DNA of 64,000 nucleotides from Paracoccaceae bacterium (GCA_047638395.1 JBLIMV010000020.1:39101-103100); one strand, 5' to 3'; positions 36,182-46,850 are shown, counted from the first letter of the stretch. A program made the numbers and translations. The notes: generated by a model from the sequence alone, not told the origin.

Positions 36182-36338
36182 GTTTACTCATACCCTCCGA
36201 GTACCTGTTACGCGCATCGGTGACGCCCCCCCAGATTTACCCAACAACTTGCGCCCAAATCTAGATCGGCGTGGGTACGCTAACCGACATGACTTTTTTA
36301 GGCACCATAAACGATAGCATACTATCAGATATCGCCTA

Positions 36339-36354
36339 TGTGATCCATATCACA
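36339..36354. promoter_or_regulatory. Perfect CRP/FNR-type palindrome TGTGA-N6-TCACA
   Basis: tgtgatccatatcaca lies about 93 bp upstream of the acyl-CoA synthetase ATG (36447), in the 265-bp divergent region. A second palindrome, gatagcatactatc, is at about 36313..36326. Confidence 0.35.
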
Positions 36355-36446
36355 GTCCCTCGATCAGGAAGAGCTATCCCGCGCGGCGAATTCCGCTAGA
36401 GTCTTCGTCAAAACACAAGAACACTGACGAACGGGAGGAAGATCGT

Positions 36447-38141
36447 ATGACGGACCTCACCCAGAGTTATGCCAGCGGAACATCCGACGTGCCCTTAATC
36501 GGGGCCGCCATCGGCGCACAGTTTGACGCTGCGGTGGCGCGTTGGGGCGCGCGTGATGCACTGATTGTCCGCCAGCAGGATGTGCGCTGGTCCTGGTCTG
36601 ACCTGAAAGAACGGGTGGATGCCTTCGCCGCCGGGCTGATGGAACTCGGGCTTGAACCCGGTAGCCGCATCGGCATCTGGGCGCCCAATTGTGCCGAATG
36701 GACGATCACGCAGTTTGCCACCGCCAAGGCCGGTCTGATCCTGGTGAATATCAATCCCGCTTACCGGCTGGCCGAGCTTGAATATGCGCTGAACAAGGTG
36801 GGCTGCACCGCGCTGGTGACGGCGGCGGCGTTCAAGACCAGCGATTATCTCGGCATGATCCGCGAACTGGCACCGGAACTGGATACGGCGGCACCGGGTG
36901 AGCTGCACGCCCCGCGTCTGTCCGATCTGCGCCATGTAATCCAGATCGGTGGCGGCGATGTGCCGGGCACCTGGGCGTTTGAAGACATACTGGCGCGCGG
37001 CAAAGCGGCGGGGATGGCGGTGGTCGACGCGCTGGCACCCAGCCTGCAGTTCGATGATCCGATTAACATCCAGTTCACCAGCGGTACCACCGGGTCGCCC
37101 AAGGGCGCCACGCTGACCCATCACAATATTCTGAATAATGGCTTCTTTGTCGGCCGCGCGCAGGCGCTGGGTGAGGACGACCGGATTTGCATCCCCGTGC
37201 CGCTCTATCATTGTTTCGGGATGGTGATGGGCAATCTGGCCTCCGTCACGCATGGCGCGGCGATGGTCTATCCCGGTGAGGGGTTCGATCCCCTGGCGAC
37301 GCTGGAAACGGTGGCTGCCGAAAAATGCACGGCGCTCTATGGCGTGCCGACCATGTTTATCGCCCAGTTGCAGCACGCGGATTTCGAAGGCTTCGATCTG
37401 TCGAGCCTGCGCACCGGTATCATGGCGGGCTCTCCCTGCCCGGTGGAGGTGATGAAACAGGTCATCGACAGGATGCATATGGAAGATGTGACCATCGCCT
37501 ATGGCATGACCGAGACCAGCCCGGTATCGACCCAGACCTCGGTCGACGACCCGGTCGAGCGGCGGGTATCGACCATCGGGCGTATTCAGCCGCATCTCGA
37601 AGTAAAAATCGTCGACGGGGACGGGCGTATCGTGGCGCCGGGCGTGACGGGCGAGCTGTGTACCCGCGGTTATTCCGTGATGCGCGGTTACTGGGATGAA
37701 GCCGCGCGCACGGCGGAAGCGATCGATGCCGGAAAATGGATGCATACCGGCGATCTCGCGACCATGGATGCGGCGGGATATTTCAATATCGTCGGGCGGA
37801 TCAAGGATATGGTCATCCGGGGGGGCGAAAACCTGTATCCGCGCGAGATCGAGGAGTTTCTCTATCGCCACCCCAAGATCGCCGATGTTCAGATCTTCGG
37901 CGTCCCGGACGAGCGCTGCGGCGAGGAACTGTGCGCCTGGATCAAACTTGCCGAGGGCGAGGCGGCGCTGGCCGACGAAATCACCGGTTTCTGCGCAGGC
38001 CAGATCGCCCATCAGAAGGTGCCGCGCTACATCCGTTTCGTCGATGAATTCCCCATGACGGTGACCGGAAAAATCCAGAAATTCGTCATGCGCGACCAGA
38101 TGATCGAGGAGCTTGGGCTGAAAGCGGCGAAAACCGCCTGA
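36447..38141 (+). CDS. AMP-dependent acyl-CoA synthetase/ligase
   Basis: [27 protein letters not shown] and GKIQK motifs. 564 aa. SD sequence gggaggaag. Confidence 0.85.
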   Translation: MTDLTQSYASGTSDVPLIGAAIGAQFDAAVARWGARDALIVRQQDVRWSWSDLKERVDAFAAGLMELGLEPGSRIGIWAPNCAEWTITQFATAKAGLILVNINPAYRLAELEYALNKVGCTALVTAAAFKTSDYLGMIRELAPELDTAAPGELHAPRLSDLRHVIQIGGGDVPGTWAFEDILARGKAAGMAVVDALAPSLQFDDPINIQFTSGTTGSPKGATLTHHNILNNGFFVGRAQALGEDDRICIPVPLYHCFGMVMGNLASVTHGAAMVYPGEGFDPLATLETVAAEKCTALYGVPTMFIAQLQHADFEGFDLSSLRTGIMAGSPCPVEVMKQVIDRMHMEDVTIAYGMTETSPVSTQTSVDDPVERRVSTIGRIQPHLEVKIVDGDGRIVAPGVTGELCTRGYSVMRGYWDEAARTAEAIDAGKWMHTGDLATMDAAGYFNIVGRIKDMVIRGGENLYPREIEEFLYRHPKIADVQIFGVPDERCGEELCAWIKLAEGEAALADEITGFCAGQIAHQKVPRYIRFVDEFPMTVTGKIQKFVMRDQMIEELGLKAAKTA

Positions 38142-38193
38142 AAACCGAACTCCGCCGTTGTAATCCCGGGCGTGGCGTGTCAAACCGCGCGCC

Positions 38194-40152
38194 ATGTTGC
38201 AGATTGAAAATCTTACCTACCGGATCGGCCCCCGGGTGTTGCTCGATGAGGCGTCGGCAGCGATTCCGGCCGGCCATTGCGTCGGCCTTGTCGGGCGCAA
38301 CGGCACCGGCAAAACCACGCTCCTGCGGTTGATCACGAACGAGATCGAAGCCGATGGCGGCAGTATCTCGATTCCGCCACGCTGGCGGATCGGTGTCACC
38401 AGCCAGGAAGCGCCCGAAGGGAAGGGCTCGCTGGTCGATTCCGTGCTGGCGGCCGATACGGAGCTGACGGAGCTTGAGGCCGAAGCAGAGACCGCGACCG
38501 ACCCCGAGCGGATTTCCTATATTTACGAACGCCTTGGCGAAAAAGAGGCCCATAGTGCGCCGTCCCGTGCGGCACGGATTTTGGCCGGACTCGGTTTTGA
38601 CGAAGAGGCTCAGCAACGCACTCTCGGCGAATTTTCCGGTGGCTGGCGGATGCGGGTCATGCTGGCATCGCTGCTGTTTACCAAGCCCGATCTGTTGCTG
38701 CTTGATGAGCCCACGAACCATCTTGATCTGGAGGCCGCGCTGTGGCTGGAAGATTACCTGCGGCGCTATGACGGCACGATCCTGATCGTCAGTCATGACC
38801 GGGGCCTGCTGAACCGGGTGTCGCGCGAAATTCTGCATCTCGAAAACTCCACGCTGACCCTGTATCAGGGCGGGTACGATCAGTTCGAGGCGACCCGGCG
38901 CATGCGTCTCGAACAGAATGAACGCGCGCGCGAGAAGCAGGATCTCCAGCGCGCGCATATTCAGAGCTTCGTCGACCGTTTCCGCTATAAGGCGAGCAAG
39001 GCGCGCCAGGCGCAGTCGCGGCTCAAAATGCTCGAGCGGATGGAACCGATCGCCGAACATAGCGAAGGCGGGCGGGTCACGTTCAATTTCCCCGATCCCG
39101 TGCCGGCCCTGTCGCCGCCGTTGTTCAGCGTGCTGAACGCGACCGTCGGCTATGATGACAAGGCGGTGTTGAGTAAACTTTCTATCCGCCTCGATGAAGA
39201 CGACCGCGTCGCGCTGCTGGGCGCAAACGGTAATGGTAAATCGACGCTGATGCGGCTGCTGGCAGGCCGGCTCAAACAGATGTCGGGCTCGTTAACCACT
39301 GCGCCGAAGCTCCGCGTCGGCTATTTTGCGCAGCATCAGACCGATGAGCTGGATATGAATGCGACGCCGGTGATCGAACTCGGTCGTCGCCTGCCCGACG
39401 ACAAGGACGTGCAGCTGCGCAGCCAGCTCGGCCGTTTCGGGTTCAGCCAGCAGCGCGCCGATACCAAGATTGCCAATCTGTCGGGCGGCGAAAAAGCACG
39501 CCTCCTGTTTGCGCTGATGACGTGTGACAAGCCCCACATTCTGCTGCTTGATGAGCCGACCAACCATCTCGACGTGGATTCACGCCAGGCGCTGATCCAG
39601 GCAATTAACAGCTTTGCCGGCGCGGTGGTGATCGTCAGCCATGATCCGCATGTGATCGAGCTGACGGCGGACCGGTTCTGGCTGGTTGCCGATGGCGGTG
39701 TCTCGCCGTTTGACGGCGATATGGACGCCTATCGTTCCCTGCTGCTGGCGGGAGTGAAGAAAAGATCGAAAGTGCGGAAAGTAGTCGAGGTCGACGTCGA
39801 CGTCGACGAATCCACCGCCCAGGCTGCAGCCCCGGCGCCCGTCCCGCCCGTGCCGCCCGCAGCGCCGGTCGACAAGCGTGAGCAGCGCAAAAAAGCTGCC
39901 GAGCAGCGGGAGGCGTTGGCCCCGTTACGCAAGCAGGTGCAGCGCATGGAAAAGAACATCGTGAAATTTCAGACCGAAAAGGCTGAAATCGAAGCGAAGA
40001 TGGCCGATCCCGATCTGTATGACGGCGACAGCTCGAAACTGGTCGACCTGCAGAAGGATCTCGGCTGGGTTGCAGGCCAGATTGCAGAAGCCGAGGAGGT
40101 ATGGCTCGGCCTTCAGCAGGAGCTGGAAGAGGCGTCCGCCACAGCCGAATAG
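38194..40152 (+). CDS. ABC-F family ATPase (two ABC domains plus C-terminal coiled-coil; Uup/EttA-like)
   Basis: Two Walker A motifs (GRNGTGKTT, GANGNGKST) and two signatures (FSGGWRMRV, LSGGEKARL). No TMD. Lys/Glu-rich C-terminal coiled-coil. Confidence 0.85.
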   Translation: MLQIENLTYRIGPRVLLDEASAAIPAGHCVGLVGRNGTGKTTLLRLITNEIEADGGSISIPPRWRIGVTSQEAPEGKGSLVDSVLAADTELTELEAEAETATDPERISYIYERLGEKEAHSAPSRAARILAGLGFDEEAQQRTLGEFSGGWRMRVMLASLLFTKPDLLLLDEPTNHLDLEAALWLEDYLRRYDGTILIVSHDRGLLNRVSREILHLENSTLTLYQGGYDQFEATRRMRLEQNERAREKQDLQRAHIQSFVDRFRYKASKARQAQSRLKMLERMEPIAEHSEGGRVTFNFPDPVPALSPPLFSVLNATVGYDDKAVLSKLSIRLDEDDRVALLGANGNGKSTLMRLLAGRLKQMSGSLTTAPKLRVGYFAQHQTDELDMNATPVIELGRRLPDDKDVQLRSQLGRFGFSQQRADTKIANLSGGEKARLLFALMTCDKPHILLLDEPTNHLDVDSRQALIQAINSFAGAVVIVSHDPHVIELTADRFWLVADGGVSPFDGDMDAYRSLLLAGVKKRSKVRKVVEVDVDVDESTAQAAAPAPVPPVPPAAPVDKREQRKKAAEQREALAPLRKQVQRMEKNIVKFQTEKAEIEAKMADPDLYDGDSSKLVDLQKDLGWVAGQIAEAEEVWLGLQQELEEASATAE

Positions 40153-40225
40153 CCTGCCATTCGCAGCGCGCACGAATTCATGCTAATCAAATCTGGAACA
40201 CCATAATCCGAGTGGGGATGACCAG

Positions 40226-40858
40226 ATGATCGATCTATACGCCGCGCCGACATCGAACGGGCTACGGGCCAAAATCATGCTCGACGAGACCGGGCTGGAT
40301 TACAAACTGCACGCCGTTGATCTCGGCGCGAAGGATAATCAGACCCCGGAATACCTGAAACTGAACCCCATGGGCTTGATCCCGACAATCGTCGACCCGG
40401 ACGGCCCCGCCGCCGCCGACGGCACGCCGTTCACGCTGACCCAGTCGATGGCGATTCTCGCATACCTGGCGAAGAAATCCGGCAAGTTTCTGCCCGCGCA
40501 CCTGTCGCAGGATATGCATTTCCGCCGCGATATCATGAGCGTCGCGACCGACATGACCGGCGTGCTGATGGCGGTCTTTACGATCGGGCGGATGGAAAAT
40601 CCGCATAAGCCGACGATGGACGATTTCGGCGCGCGGTTTAACCGCTACATGAAATACTGGGATGGGCTTATGGCCGGCCGCAAATATGCCGGTGCGGATG
40701 AAGTCACTATCGCAGATTTCGCATTTTACCCGGTGGTGTACCGCGCCAAGGCGGTCACACCGCAATTTACCGAAGGATGTCCCAACATCGATCGTTGGTA
40801 TGAAGAAATCGGCGCCCGCCCGGGCGTGCAAAAGGGTGTGGATTTCAGCCAGGGTTGA
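40226..40858 (+). CDS. Glutathione S-transferase family protein
   Basis: N-terminal thioredoxin-like GST domain (IDLYAAPTSNGLRAKIMLDETGL) and C-terminal helical domain. 210 aa. Confidence 0.8.
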   Translation: MIDLYAAPTSNGLRAKIMLDETGLDYKLHAVDLGAKDNQTPEYLKLNPMGLIPTIVDPDGPAAADGTPFTLTQSMAILAYLAKKSGKFLPAHLSQDMHFRRDIMSVATDMTGVLMAVFTIGRMENPHKPTMDDFGARFNRYMKYWDGLMAGRKYAGADEVTIADFAFYPVVYRAKAVTPQFTEGCPNIDRWYEEIGARPGVQKGVDFSQG

Positions 40859-40896
40859 TCCCGGATTCCACAACTTAATTCAGAAGGAAAAGACAT

Positions 40897-41814
40897 ATGA
40901 AAATTGCTGTACCCGATCTTATCTCCAACTCGTATTTCCCGGTACCCGCCGCGGTCGAACTGGGCTACTTCGAGAAAGAAGGGCTCGATATGAGCTACGA
41001 GCTGGTCTTTCCGGTCGATGACGCCAACAAGGCGTTACGCGATGGGACTTTCGATTTCGTCGGCGGCTCGGCGCATTCGACCCTCGCCGCGTTTCCCGAA
41101 TGGGAAGGTGCTAAGCTGGTCTGCGCGCTGTCGCAGGGCATGTACTGGCTGCTGGTAGCCAGGACCGATCTGAACATCGCGCTCGGCGATACAGATGCAC
41201 TGAAAGGCCTGAATATCGGTGCTGCCCCCTGGGTCGACTTGGGTCTTAGGCGCCTGCTGACCGAAGCCGGGCTGGATCCCGACAAGGACATGAATATTGC
41301 GCCGGTCCCCGGCACCATCGTGCCCGGCGTGTCGTTTGGTGTCACCGCGGCCAAGGCTTTGGAAGAAGGCAAGATCGACGCATTCTGGGCGAACGGCATG
41401 GGCGCCGAAGTCGCCGTGACCCGTGGTGTCGGCACCGTCGTGCTGGACCCGCGCCGCGGCGTTGGGCCGGCGGCCTCGTTTAACTACACACAGCCGGCAC
41501 TGGCGACGACCCAGAAAATGATCGACGAGAACCCCGATGCCGTGGCTGCCGCCGTGCGCGCCATCGTCAATGTGCAGAAGGCGATCAAGGCGGATATCAG
41601 CCTGGCAACCGAGGTCGGGCGCAAAAGTTTCCCTGAAGCCGAAACCGCGCTGATCGCCCAGGTCGTCGAACGCGACCTGGCGTATTACGACGCCACGATC
41701 ACCCCGGAATTCGTCATCGGCATGAACGCGTTTTCACGTGACATGGGCCTGATGACCGGTGACCCTTCGTTCGAAGACGTGGTCGCGACGCAGTTCAGCG
41801 ATCTCTGGAAATAG
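40897..41814 (+). CDS. NMT1/THI5-like (SsuA/TauA-type) substrate-binding domain protein
   Basis: 305 aa with PF09084-like features. No obvious signal peptide and no adjacent ABC permease or ATPase, so function is uncertain. Confidence 0.6.
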   Translation: MKIAVPDLISNSYFPVPAAVELGYFEKEGLDMSYELVFPVDDANKALRDGTFDFVGGSAHSTLAAFPEWEGAKLVCALSQGMYWLLVARTDLNIALGDTDALKGLNIGAAPWVDLGLRRLLTEAGLDPDKDMNIAPVPGTIVPGVSFGVTAAKALEEGKIDAFWANGMGAEVAVTRGVGTVVLDPRRGVGPAASFNYTQPALATTQKMIDENPDAVAAAVRAIVNVQKAIKADISLATEVGRKSFPEAETALIAQVVERDLAYYDATITPEFVIGMNAFSRDMGLMTGDPSFEDVVATQFSDLWK

Positions 41815-41823
41815 AAATACCCC

Positions 41824-41855
41824 CCGGACGGGCGTTTAGCCCGTCTGGGTTTTGT
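41824..41855. terminator. Intrinsic terminator hairpin between convergent genes (bidirectional candidate)
   Basis: ccggacgggc-gttta-gcccgtctgg forms a 10-bp stem (one G.U) followed by gttttgt. It overlaps the last codons of the convergent deacetylase gene. Confidence 0.5.
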
Positions 41856-42747
41856 ACCAGTCGAGAATCTGGTCGCCTGTCATGACCACCACGCCCGGCT
41901 TGGACAGCATGTATTCCATCAATTCGCGCACGTAGCGGATGCGGTGCGGCGACCCTGAAATATACGGGTGAACCGCAAAGGACATCACGCGGACGGTCTC
42001 GGCGCTTTCTTCATAGATCGTGTCGAAATAGTCCATCGCGCGGGTCTTGAAGACCGGCGAATCCTGATTCTGGATCAGCGAGACGACAATATCGTGAATC
42101 TCGAAATTATAGGGTAGCGAAATAAGGTCGCCATGCTCGGTTTTGAGCGGGATCGGCTGGTCGTCGAATGCCCAGTCGCCGATATACTCAAACCCCGCTT
42201 CGGTCAGATAATCCAGCGTCTCGAACGTCTCGGTCAGACCCGGGCCGAACCAGCCGCGCGGTTTGTAGCCGCATACCGATTCGATCGCCTCGATGGTCTT
42301 GCGGATGTTTTCGCGCTGATCGTCGACCTTGTGCATCGGAATCTGTTCGAACGCATGGGCGTTGAATTCCCATCCCGATTCCAGACAGGCTTCGACAACC
42401 CGCGGATATTCCGTGCAGGCGCGGCCGTTCATCGTGACCGTGCCCTTGACGCCCAGTTCGTCGAACAGCTTGCGCAGGCGCCAGAAACCGACCCGCATGC
42501 CGTATTCGTGCCACGACCAGTTCGGTACGTCCGGCAGCATCTGCTGGTGCTGGGGCGGCGGCAGAACCGTCCGCGGCATGGCCCGGTTGATATCCCAGAC
42601 TTCGAGCGACATCAGCGGCCATAAAATCATCCGCCCACCATCGGGCAGCGTCAGCGGCGCCCGGTCCTCGATGGCGGAATAGGGGGTGCGTTCCTGTGGT
42701 TTCATGGCGGCCATTTCGTCATCCTCGTCTTTGGTGTTTGGGGACAT
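41836..42747 (-). CDS. Polysaccharide deacetylase family (CE4-like) protein
   Basis: 303 aa with PuuE/CE4-like fold features, including conserved His/Asp in the HAFEQIPMH region. Confidence 0.7.
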   Translation of the reverse strand: MSPNTKDEDDEMAAMKPQERTPYSAIEDRAPLTLPDGGRMILWPLMSLEVWDINRAMPRTVLPPPQHQQMLPDVPNWSWHEYGMRVGFWRLRKLFDELGVKGTVTMNGRACTEYPRVVEACLESGWEFNAHAFEQIPMHKVDDQRENIRKTIEAIESVCGYKPRGWFGPGLTETFETLDYLTEAGFEYIGDWAFDDQPIPLKTEHGDLISLPYNFEIHDIVVSLIQNQDSPVFKTRAMDYFDTIYEESAETVRVMSFAVHPYISGSPHRIRYVRELMEYMLSKPGVVVMTGDQILDWYKTQTG

Positions 42748-42856
42748 CGCTCAGAAAATGTCGCCCGTAATTTCAGCTTTAAAAACACTGCTGGCGCACT
42801 GCAGTCAACACAGCACAGTTATTGAGGCGCTGCGATCCGTCAGCGTTGGCATTTTT

Positions 42857-44020
42857 CTATCGGGGAATGACCAGAATGGGAGCGCGTTGCGGGGTGGTGC
42901 CGGTCTGAGAGCACACCTTTTGCATTGCCTCCCAATCCGTCAGAGAAAGTACTTTTCCCGATCCACGGGCAGTCTCTCGAATATAGGCGATGCGTTCTGC
43001 CGTGCGCGGGTGGGTGGAAAGCATGCCCAGGATGCTTTCCTGGTCGGGTTTTTTCTCGGCTTCTTCGCTTACCTTATTGAAGAAACTCACCAGCCCGCTG
43101 CCGTCGATATTCGCGGCGTTCAGACGGTCAATGGCGAAGACATCGGCCGCGCGTTCAGCCTTTCGTGAATAGCTGCTGTTCAGTGCCCATTCTGCGATAC
43201 CCGTGACCAGAATGCCGCCTGAAAAATCGCCGATCATTGCACTGATAAGGAGCGATACCGCCGTCGTCCTGTAGATGGCCTGCGTTGGATGCTGATGAAA
43301 GACATGCCCGATCTCGTGGCTGATAACCCCGGCGATTTCTTCCGCCGAACCGGCGGCCCCGATCAGGCCCGATGTGACAACGATATATCCGCCCGGCAGA
43401 GCGAACGCGTTCACGAGCTTTGCGTCGATGACCACCAGGGTAAGCCGGGGCGGCTCATTCATATCTCTCAGAATCTGTGTGGTCATGTCGGCCAGCGCGG
43501 ACAGTCCTGGTTTTGAATGGCAGTAGCGCGGCTGTTTTGTTTCTCCGGGCATATAGGCGATCAGCTTTACGATCTCCGACATCGCCGCGCCGCCGATCCG
43601 GGTTTTGATCGATTGCGGTGTCTGGTGCGCAAGCTGTGCCGAGAGGAGCGGTATAAATACCAGGACGATCACGGCAAGGGCCGCCGCTGCCGTGATGATC
43701 CAGGCAGACACTTTGAGCAGCGCTTTTCTGTTTGTCCGCGTTATGCGGACGGCCTTTGGGGCGATGGTAAGAACAGCGGATGCCGCGCGATCATCTTCGA
43801 TAATCAGGCGGGCAGTCGTGCCTTCGAGCCCTATCCGCACTGGTTCTCCCGCGCGTGGTTTTTCGGCAAAGACGATACGGTCGGCCTGCCAGGATGTGAC
43901 GGTCGCCCCGCCGGTATCCAGGACCACTAATTCGCTGGTCGAGATCGACACGGTGACATCCTGAGACCGCGCTGTTTTGCCATCGTAATAGTGCGCGGCA
44001 AAACGCGCGTCAGTCGTCAT
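42857..44020 (-). CDS. M48-family zinc metallopeptidase with N-terminal cytoplasmic domain and TM anchor
   Basis: HEIGHVFHQH (HExxH). A 100-aa N-terminal domain and TM helix LLKVSAWIITAAAALAVIVLVFIPLL precede the peptidase. A 3-nt gap to the upstream DUF898 gene suggests an operon. Confidence 0.8.
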   Translation of the reverse strand: MTTDARFAAHYYDGKTARSQDVTVSISTSELVVLDTGGATVTSWQADRIVFAEKPRAGEPVRIGLEGTTARLIIEDDRAASAVLTIAPKAVRITRTNRKALLKVSAWIITAAAALAVIVLVFIPLLSAQLAHQTPQSIKTRIGGAAMSEIVKLIAYMPGETKQPRYCHSKPGLSALADMTTQILRDMNEPPRLTLVVIDAKLVNAFALPGGYIVVTSGLIGAAGSAEEIAGVISHEIGHVFHQHPTQAIYRTTAVSLLISAMIGDFSGGILVTGIAEWALNSSYSRKAERAADVFAIDRLNAANIDGSGLVSFFNKVSEEAEKKPDQESILGMLSTHPRTAERIAYIRETARGSGKVLSLTDWEAMQKVCSQTGTTPQRAPILVIPR

Positions 44021-44023
44021 GCG

Positions 44024-45301
44024 TCAGAACCCACCGACGTCGAGCGCATCGGCAAGGCCTTCGCCATGGCCCGGCAGGTCCGCGGAAGACTGAATGACGT
44101 TGTCCAGCTCATCCGTATTCTCGATTTCCAGCGTGGCGCAAGCGCGCTTCAACAGCGTGACGTCGACAAACAGCGTTCGCGCTGCGCCATAAAGGAAATA
44201 GGCCGCAACGGCGCTAATCATCAAGGTGATCTGTAGCCCCACTGATGTACCCGCCGCCTCGAATCGAACCTCGGTTATCATGATTGCGCTGCCAATCAAT
44301 GCCAGAACGGCGAAAAATGCCACCCAGAACACGATGTACACCCGGTATACAAAAGCGGCAGTGAGCGAAGATTTCAGTGCTACCTTTCCAAGCGTCAGGC
44401 TTCCAATCAGATACCGAAATTCGACGACGCTGTACCAGATACCGACAAGAAAACTGGCGGCTATAAAAGCAAAAGGCCACCAGACAATTTGGGCCATCAA
44501 TACTGACATCTCGGTGCCCACTTGTACGCCCTGGGCTGCTTTGTCATTCAGCGCAATGATGCGGGCAAAGACCTGCCAGTTAAGAATAACGAATATTCCG
44601 AGTGCCAGGGCATTTGGAATGCCGACGGCCAGCCAGCGGGGAAACAGCCACATTGCACGCGCCGAGAGGGACAGGCTGGTTCCGCCAAAACGTGCGTTTC
44701 TGACGAAATACTTCATCGTTGCGACACGGAGCCAAGGGTTTGCAAGGGAGAGTGTAACGATACTCAAGGCGGTGTAGAGGAATGAAATCACTGCATAGCG
44801 GAAGGCCGACCCATCGAGGCCAAAGCGCACCCCGCGCCACGCAGTTCGGGTCAGCCGATATCGCCGCATCCGGTATATAGCGACATGAATGAGGAACCCG
44901 ATGATCGTGTAATAGGCGACCTGTATGATGATCGGTAACGCGCCATCCATTCCCACCATGAGGAATTGCAGCAGGGAATAGGTCGCACCGAATGGTACTA
45001 GAATGACGATGGCGATCAGAAACCCGACAAAGAGCTCGCCGCCGGTACCTAGATACTCCAAGGGTTCGTTCAGTAGCTTCGTGCGCTGCCAGAAAAACTT
45101 GCGGACCTTTGTTTTGGCCCAGAAACGATATATCCCGGCGGTAATGATCGTCAGCAGGAAATTACGCAGCAGCAGCCAGAATAACGGCCGGCGGGGTCCG
45201 TCAAATAGCAGTGTCGGATGTTCTTTCGATCCGGATGGTCTTAACGGGTTTTGTGAAGTTTCCAGTTGCGGCGCCATTGGGGCGTTCTCGTTGTCTGACA
45301 T
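44024..45301 (-). CDS. DUF898 (YjgN-like) family inner-membrane protein
   Basis: Multi-TM protein with the DUF898-typical segment LFWLLLRNFLLTIITAGIYRFWAKTKVRKF. The start is uncertain. The track ORF start (45454) would overlap the divergent LAP gene, so the internal Met (MSDNENA; or MAPQLE 8 codons later) was chosen. Neither has a strong SD. Confidence 0.6.
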   Translation of the reverse strand: MSDNENAPMAPQLETSQNPLRPSGSKEHPTLLFDGPRRPLFWLLLRNFLLTIITAGIYRFWAKTKVRKFFWQRTKLLNEPLEYLGTGGELFVGFLIAIVILVPFGATYSLLQFLMVGMDGALPIIIQVAYYTIIGFLIHVAIYRMRRYRLTRTAWRGVRFGLDGSAFRYAVISFLYTALSIVTLSLANPWLRVATMKYFVRNARFGGTSLSLSARAMWLFPRWLAVGIPNALALGIFVILNWQVFARIIALNDKAAQGVQVGTEMSVLMAQIVWWPFAFIAASFLVGIWYSVVEFRYLIGSLTLGKVALKSSLTAAFVYRVYIVFWVAFFAVLALIGSAIMITEVRFEAAGTSVGLQITLMISAVAAYFLYGAARTLFVDVTLLKRACATLEIENTDELDNVIQSSADLPGHGEGLADALDVGGF

Positions 45302-45444
45302 GAAGGAAGATCCAACATTGGGGAAGAGGGAAGTGCCGAATTTTTGCCCATCCAAGGTTGCAGGTAAAGCCAAGAATCGGCCGGCATTTATGAACCGGGT
45401 GTAGTTCAGGTATACATTGTGGTGTCCGGACAGGGAGATATCAG

Positions 45445-46824
45445 ATGACGGCAAGGTTCAAGGCGAAATCAGATTCAAAGACGATACCGGTCACGCCGGT
45501 TGAACATGCTATCTTTGATTCGTGGCTGAAAAAAGAACCGCCGGCGATTCAAGGCTGGGTCCGGTCATCGGGCTTCCTGGCTAACCCCGGCCAGATCAGC
45601 CTGGTGGCGGGCAAGGACGGCAAGCTGTCGCGCGTGCTGTTCGGTGTGAAGGATCATGACGGGTTCTGGGATTACGCGGCGCTGCCCTCCGCTTTGCCGG
45701 CCGGTTCCTACCGGATCGATGCGCGTATGAGCGCGGCCGGGGCAACGGCGGCGGCGACTGGCTGGGCGCTTGGCGGGTACCGGTTTGAGCGGTATAAATC
45801 GACCAAGGGTAACAAGCTGCCGACACTCGTCTGGCCGGCCCGTGCCGACAAGGCACGGACGAATGCGATGGCGGAGTCTATTTCGCTGGTGCGCGACCTG
45901 ATCAATACACCCGCCGAAGATATGGGGCCGTCGCAACTGGCTGCCGCCGCCCGCACGCTCGGGCGCGGACACAAGGCCGACGTAAAGGTGATCACGGGCG
46001 ATGCCCTGCTCAAACAAAACTATCCGACAATCCATGCCGTCGGCCGCGCAAGCGACGATGCGCCCCGGCTGATCGATCTGCGCTGGGGCCGGAAATCCGA
46101 TCCCAAGGTGACGCTGGTCGGCAAGGGTGTCTGCTTCGATACCGGCGGTCTCGATCTCAAGCCTGCCGCTGGCATGCTGCGGATGAAGAAGGACATGGGC
46201 GGCGGGGCGCATGCGCTGGGGCTCGCTCACCTGATCATGGCGCTCAAACTGCGCGTACGCTTGCGGGTGCTGGTGCCGGCGGTCGAGAACAATGTTGCGG
46301 GTAACGCGTTTCGGCCGCTCGACGTGATCACAACGCGCAAGGGCGTCACGGTCGAGATCGGCAACACAGATGCCGAAGGACGCCTCGTGCTGTGTGATGC
46401 GCTGGCCGAGGCAGACAGCGAAGATCCCGACATGATCCTCGATTTCGCGACCCTGACCGGGGCCGCGCGGGTTGCGCTTGGCGCCGATCTGCCCGCGCTG
46501 TTCTGCAATAACGACAGCCTGGCCACCGATCTGGCCAAGGCGGGCGATTCCGTGAGCGATCCGATGTGGCGCCTGCCGCTTTGGCGGCCTTACCGGCAAA
46601 TGCTCGAAAGTAAGGTTGCGGACATCAATAACGTGTCCGAAGGTGGTTTTGGCGGGGCGATCACGGCAGCGCTCTACCTGCAGGAATTCGTGCGTGACAC
46701 CACGCCCTGGGCGCATCTCGACATGATGGCCTGGAATGTGTCGCCCCGGCCCGGCCGCCCCGCGGGCGGTGAGGCGCAATCTTTGCGCGCCGTGTTCGAT
46801 ATGCTGGAAAAACGTTACGGCTGA
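45445..46824 (+). CDS. Leucyl aminopeptidase family (M17) protein
   Basis: NTDAEGRL motif and M17 catalytic-domain length. SD sequence gggaga. Confidence 0.85.
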   Translation: MTARFKAKSDSKTIPVTPVEHAIFDSWLKKEPPAIQGWVRSSGFLANPGQISLVAGKDGKLSRVLFGVKDHDGFWDYAALPSALPAGSYRIDARMSAAGATAAATGWALGGYRFERYKSTKGNKLPTLVWPARADKARTNAMAESISLVRDLINTPAEDMGPSQLAAAARTLGRGHKADVKVITGDALLKQNYPTIHAVGRASDDAPRLIDLRWGRKSDPKVTLVGKGVCFDTGGLDLKPAAGMLRMKKDMGGGAHALGLAHLIMALKLRVRLRVLVPAVENNVAGNAFRPLDVITTRKGVTVEIGNTDAEGRLVLCDALAEADSEDPDMILDFATLTGAARVALGADLPALFCNNDSLATDLAKAGDSVSDPMWRLPLWRPYRQMLESKVADINNVSEGGFGGAITAALYLQEFVRDTTPWAHLDMMAWNVSPRPGRPAGGEAQSLRAVFDMLEKRYG

Positions 46825-46850
46825 TTGGCGTTTCCGGAACCAGTCAGGGT

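Noticed and set aside
36495-39060. Long minus-strand ORFs (36495..38195, 566 aa; 38086..39060, 324 aa) opposite the acyl-CoA synthetase and ABC-F genes
   Set aside because: The plus-strand genes carry canonical AMP-binding and Walker/ABC signature motifs. The antisense ORFs are Arg/Gly/His-rich with no motifs.
42748-42856. Short hairpin (cgctg-N8-cagcg) followed by cattttt in the deacetylase/M48 intergenic region
   Set aside because: The stem is only 5-6 bp and is oriented on the plus strand, although both flanking genes are on the minus strand. It is too weak to call a terminator.
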